Assembly: GCA_902792515.1 (NCBI GenBank)
Contig: CADAZX010000016.1
Coordinates: forward strand, 19,952-83,951
Length of the DNA: 64,000 bases
DNA from: an uncultured Ruminococcus sp.
GTDB taxonomy: Bacteria; Bacillota; Clostridia; UBA1212
Direction of reading: 5' to 3'
Shown: positions 63,110 through 64,000 of the stretch, piece after piece
Layout of the letters: each line of letters starts with the position of its first letter
How positions within the stretch are numbered: position 1 is the stretch's first letter
Notes under the pieces: model-generated
Told to the model about the DNA's origin: nothing
The model's input: only the letters and a program-made list of their open reading frames with translations
The model's database searches: none
Position numbers and translations under genes: made by a program

Positions 63110-63520
63110 AGCAAGGCTCCAATCTTAACTTGCTCTGCCAGTTTGGCATTTCAAATTTAGTAATGACAGTATAGCATAGATTGCGTGATTTTTAAATAGC
63201 AGAAAGTCAACCGTTACAAAACAAAGAAACATTGATTGGATGTTTGTCGGATCTAAAAAGCCGGCTGAACTTTCATCACTCAGTCGTCAACAAACCGTTA
63301 TTTCTTGTTTTAATATAGCTCTCTTTTTTTCCTTAAAGACTCTTGTTGTAAGGCTTTAATAGCGTACGAATGCGTCGCCGCAAGAGACGCCGACTGCGTG
63401 TTTCAAGCATTATAAGATTGTATTCGCTTGGACCACTTCGTTTGCGTCGCTGCGCCTCCTTTTCCCCAAAAGTGCAAGCACTTTCGGGGACCCCGGGTTC
63501 GAATCCCATGCTTTATATCA

Positions 63521-63559
63521 CCACGAAAAAAGACCCCTCGAAGGAGTCTTTTTTCGTGG
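63521..63559. terminator. 14-bp-stem hairpin downstream of tRNA-Ala (bidirectional terminator-like).
   Basis: CCACGAAAAAAGAC-11 nt-GTCTTTTTTCGTGG. Overlaps the CCA end of the tRNA. Confidence 0.6.
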
Positions 63560-63632
63560 TGGACCTGGTGGGATTCGAACCCATGACCTCTGCGTTGCGA
63601 ACGCAGCGCTCTCCCAACTGAGCTACAAGCCC
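63557..63632 (-). tRNA. tRNA-Ala (anticodon CGC), CCA encoded.
   Basis: The minus strand reads GGGCTTGTAGCTCAGTTGGGAGAGCGCTGCGTTCGCAACGCAGAGGTCATGGGTTCGAATCCCACCAGGTCCACCA. The G3:U70 identity pair is present and the anticodon loop is TTCGCAA. 76 nt. Confidence 0.9.
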
Positions 63633-63642
63633 GTGCCGAATG

Positions 63643-63671
63643 ATAATACTATATTCGCGAGGTTTTGTCAA
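63643..63671 (-). promoter_or_regulatory. tRNA-Ala promoter TTGACA-17-TATTAT.
   Basis: On the minus strand the -35 is at 63671-63666 and the -10 at 63648-63643, about 10 nt upstream of the tRNA 5' end. Confidence 0.6.
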
Positions 63672-63915
63672 CCGTTTTTTAACCGTTTTGGCAACTTTTC
63701 GAGTCACTTTTCGAGTCATTTTCACGCGACGGTCGCCCGCGGCCTCAGCGATCGCATCCGTTTTCGCCTCAAGAGAAGACCATGGTTCGCATCAAGACAA
63801 GACCATGACACACAAAAATTAACCCGGTGGAAATCCCGCGACGAAGATGGTATACTGTTCCTGTTGCCGAAAACGGCTTTACGCCGCGGATAAAAACCCG
63901 GGAAGGAGTACAAAA

Positions 63916-64000
63916 ATGGTAGTCGCTGTTGTTTCCGAACTGAATCCGTTCCACAACGGTCATGCCGCGATTTTTCGTTTCGCCAAAAACCTTGCGTTCT
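63916..64000 (+). CDS. tmcAL: 5' end of a tRNA(Met) cytidine acetate ligase (TmcAL/UPF0348)-like gene, truncated by the window edge.
   Basis: GGAAGGAG RBS. MVVAVVSELNPFHNGHAAIF matches the N-terminal NPFHNGH nucleotidyltransferase motif. Confidence 0.55.
   Translation, partial: MVVAVVSELNPFHNGHAAIFRFAKNLAF

Noticed and set aside
63440-63523. Possible second tRNA or tmRNA on the plus strand (GGGTTCGAATCCC ... ATCACCA followed by a terminator hairpin).
   Set aside because: The T-stem pairs at only 3 bp, and no complementary acceptor 5' strand or anticodon arm can be placed. There is no tmRNA-like 5' end or tag frame in this orientation. I treat it as a fragment; see the scar finding.

Overview
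This 64-kb window comes from a GC-rich Firmicutes/Clostridia-type chromosome. That assignment is inferred from gene content: rplU-prp-rpmA, long-form hpf, tlyA-dxs-ispA-xseB, pyk, tmcAL, lipoboxes and sortase-type signals. Most of the window (about 6.6-62.9 kb) is ordinary core and accessory chromosome. It holds housekeeping genes, a MacAB-like ABC efflux operon, an AddA-like helicase-nuclease, a sigma-70-family factor, and many secreted or anchored glycan-related proteins (DUF4838-like, GH140-like, sialate-esterase-like, GDPD, LamG-like, clostripain-like) with Pro/Thr/Glu linkers.

The main finding is the first ~6.55 kb, which is visibly AT-richer and looks horizontally acquired; its left end lies outside the window. 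It carries a minus-strand three-gene operon:
- a zinc-ribbon protein with two transmembrane helices;
- an 893-aa HerA/FtsK-superfamily ATPase with an unassigned N-terminal half and a C-terminal CX2CX2CX3C cluster;
- a polyacidic 27-aa tandem-repeat protein that the ORF track missed because it runs off the window edge.

The operon sits next to a 198-aa Hin-type serine recombinase. Between the recombinase and the operon lie two hix-like 24-bp dyad sites in inverted orientation. They bracket about 230 bp that contain a consensus promoter currently pointing away from the operon. I read this as a phase-variable inverton in the OFF state, controlling a gene trio that matches no named system I recognise.

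Other points worth a second look:
- Two stop-codon-abutting tandem hairpin arrays share the core GGAGAATCCAC (39-nt and 58-nt periods).
- A 660-bp nest of palindromic repeats fills a divergent intergenic region.
- A K-x-K-G-C-G-[GS]+TM+basic C-terminal motif recurs in three secreted proteins.
- A perfect 22-bp palindrome lies upstream of hpf.
- A decayed AT-rich scar with an ORF6N gene fragment sits beside tRNA-Ala(CGC).

All calls are from reading the sequence and ORF translations. No database search was run.
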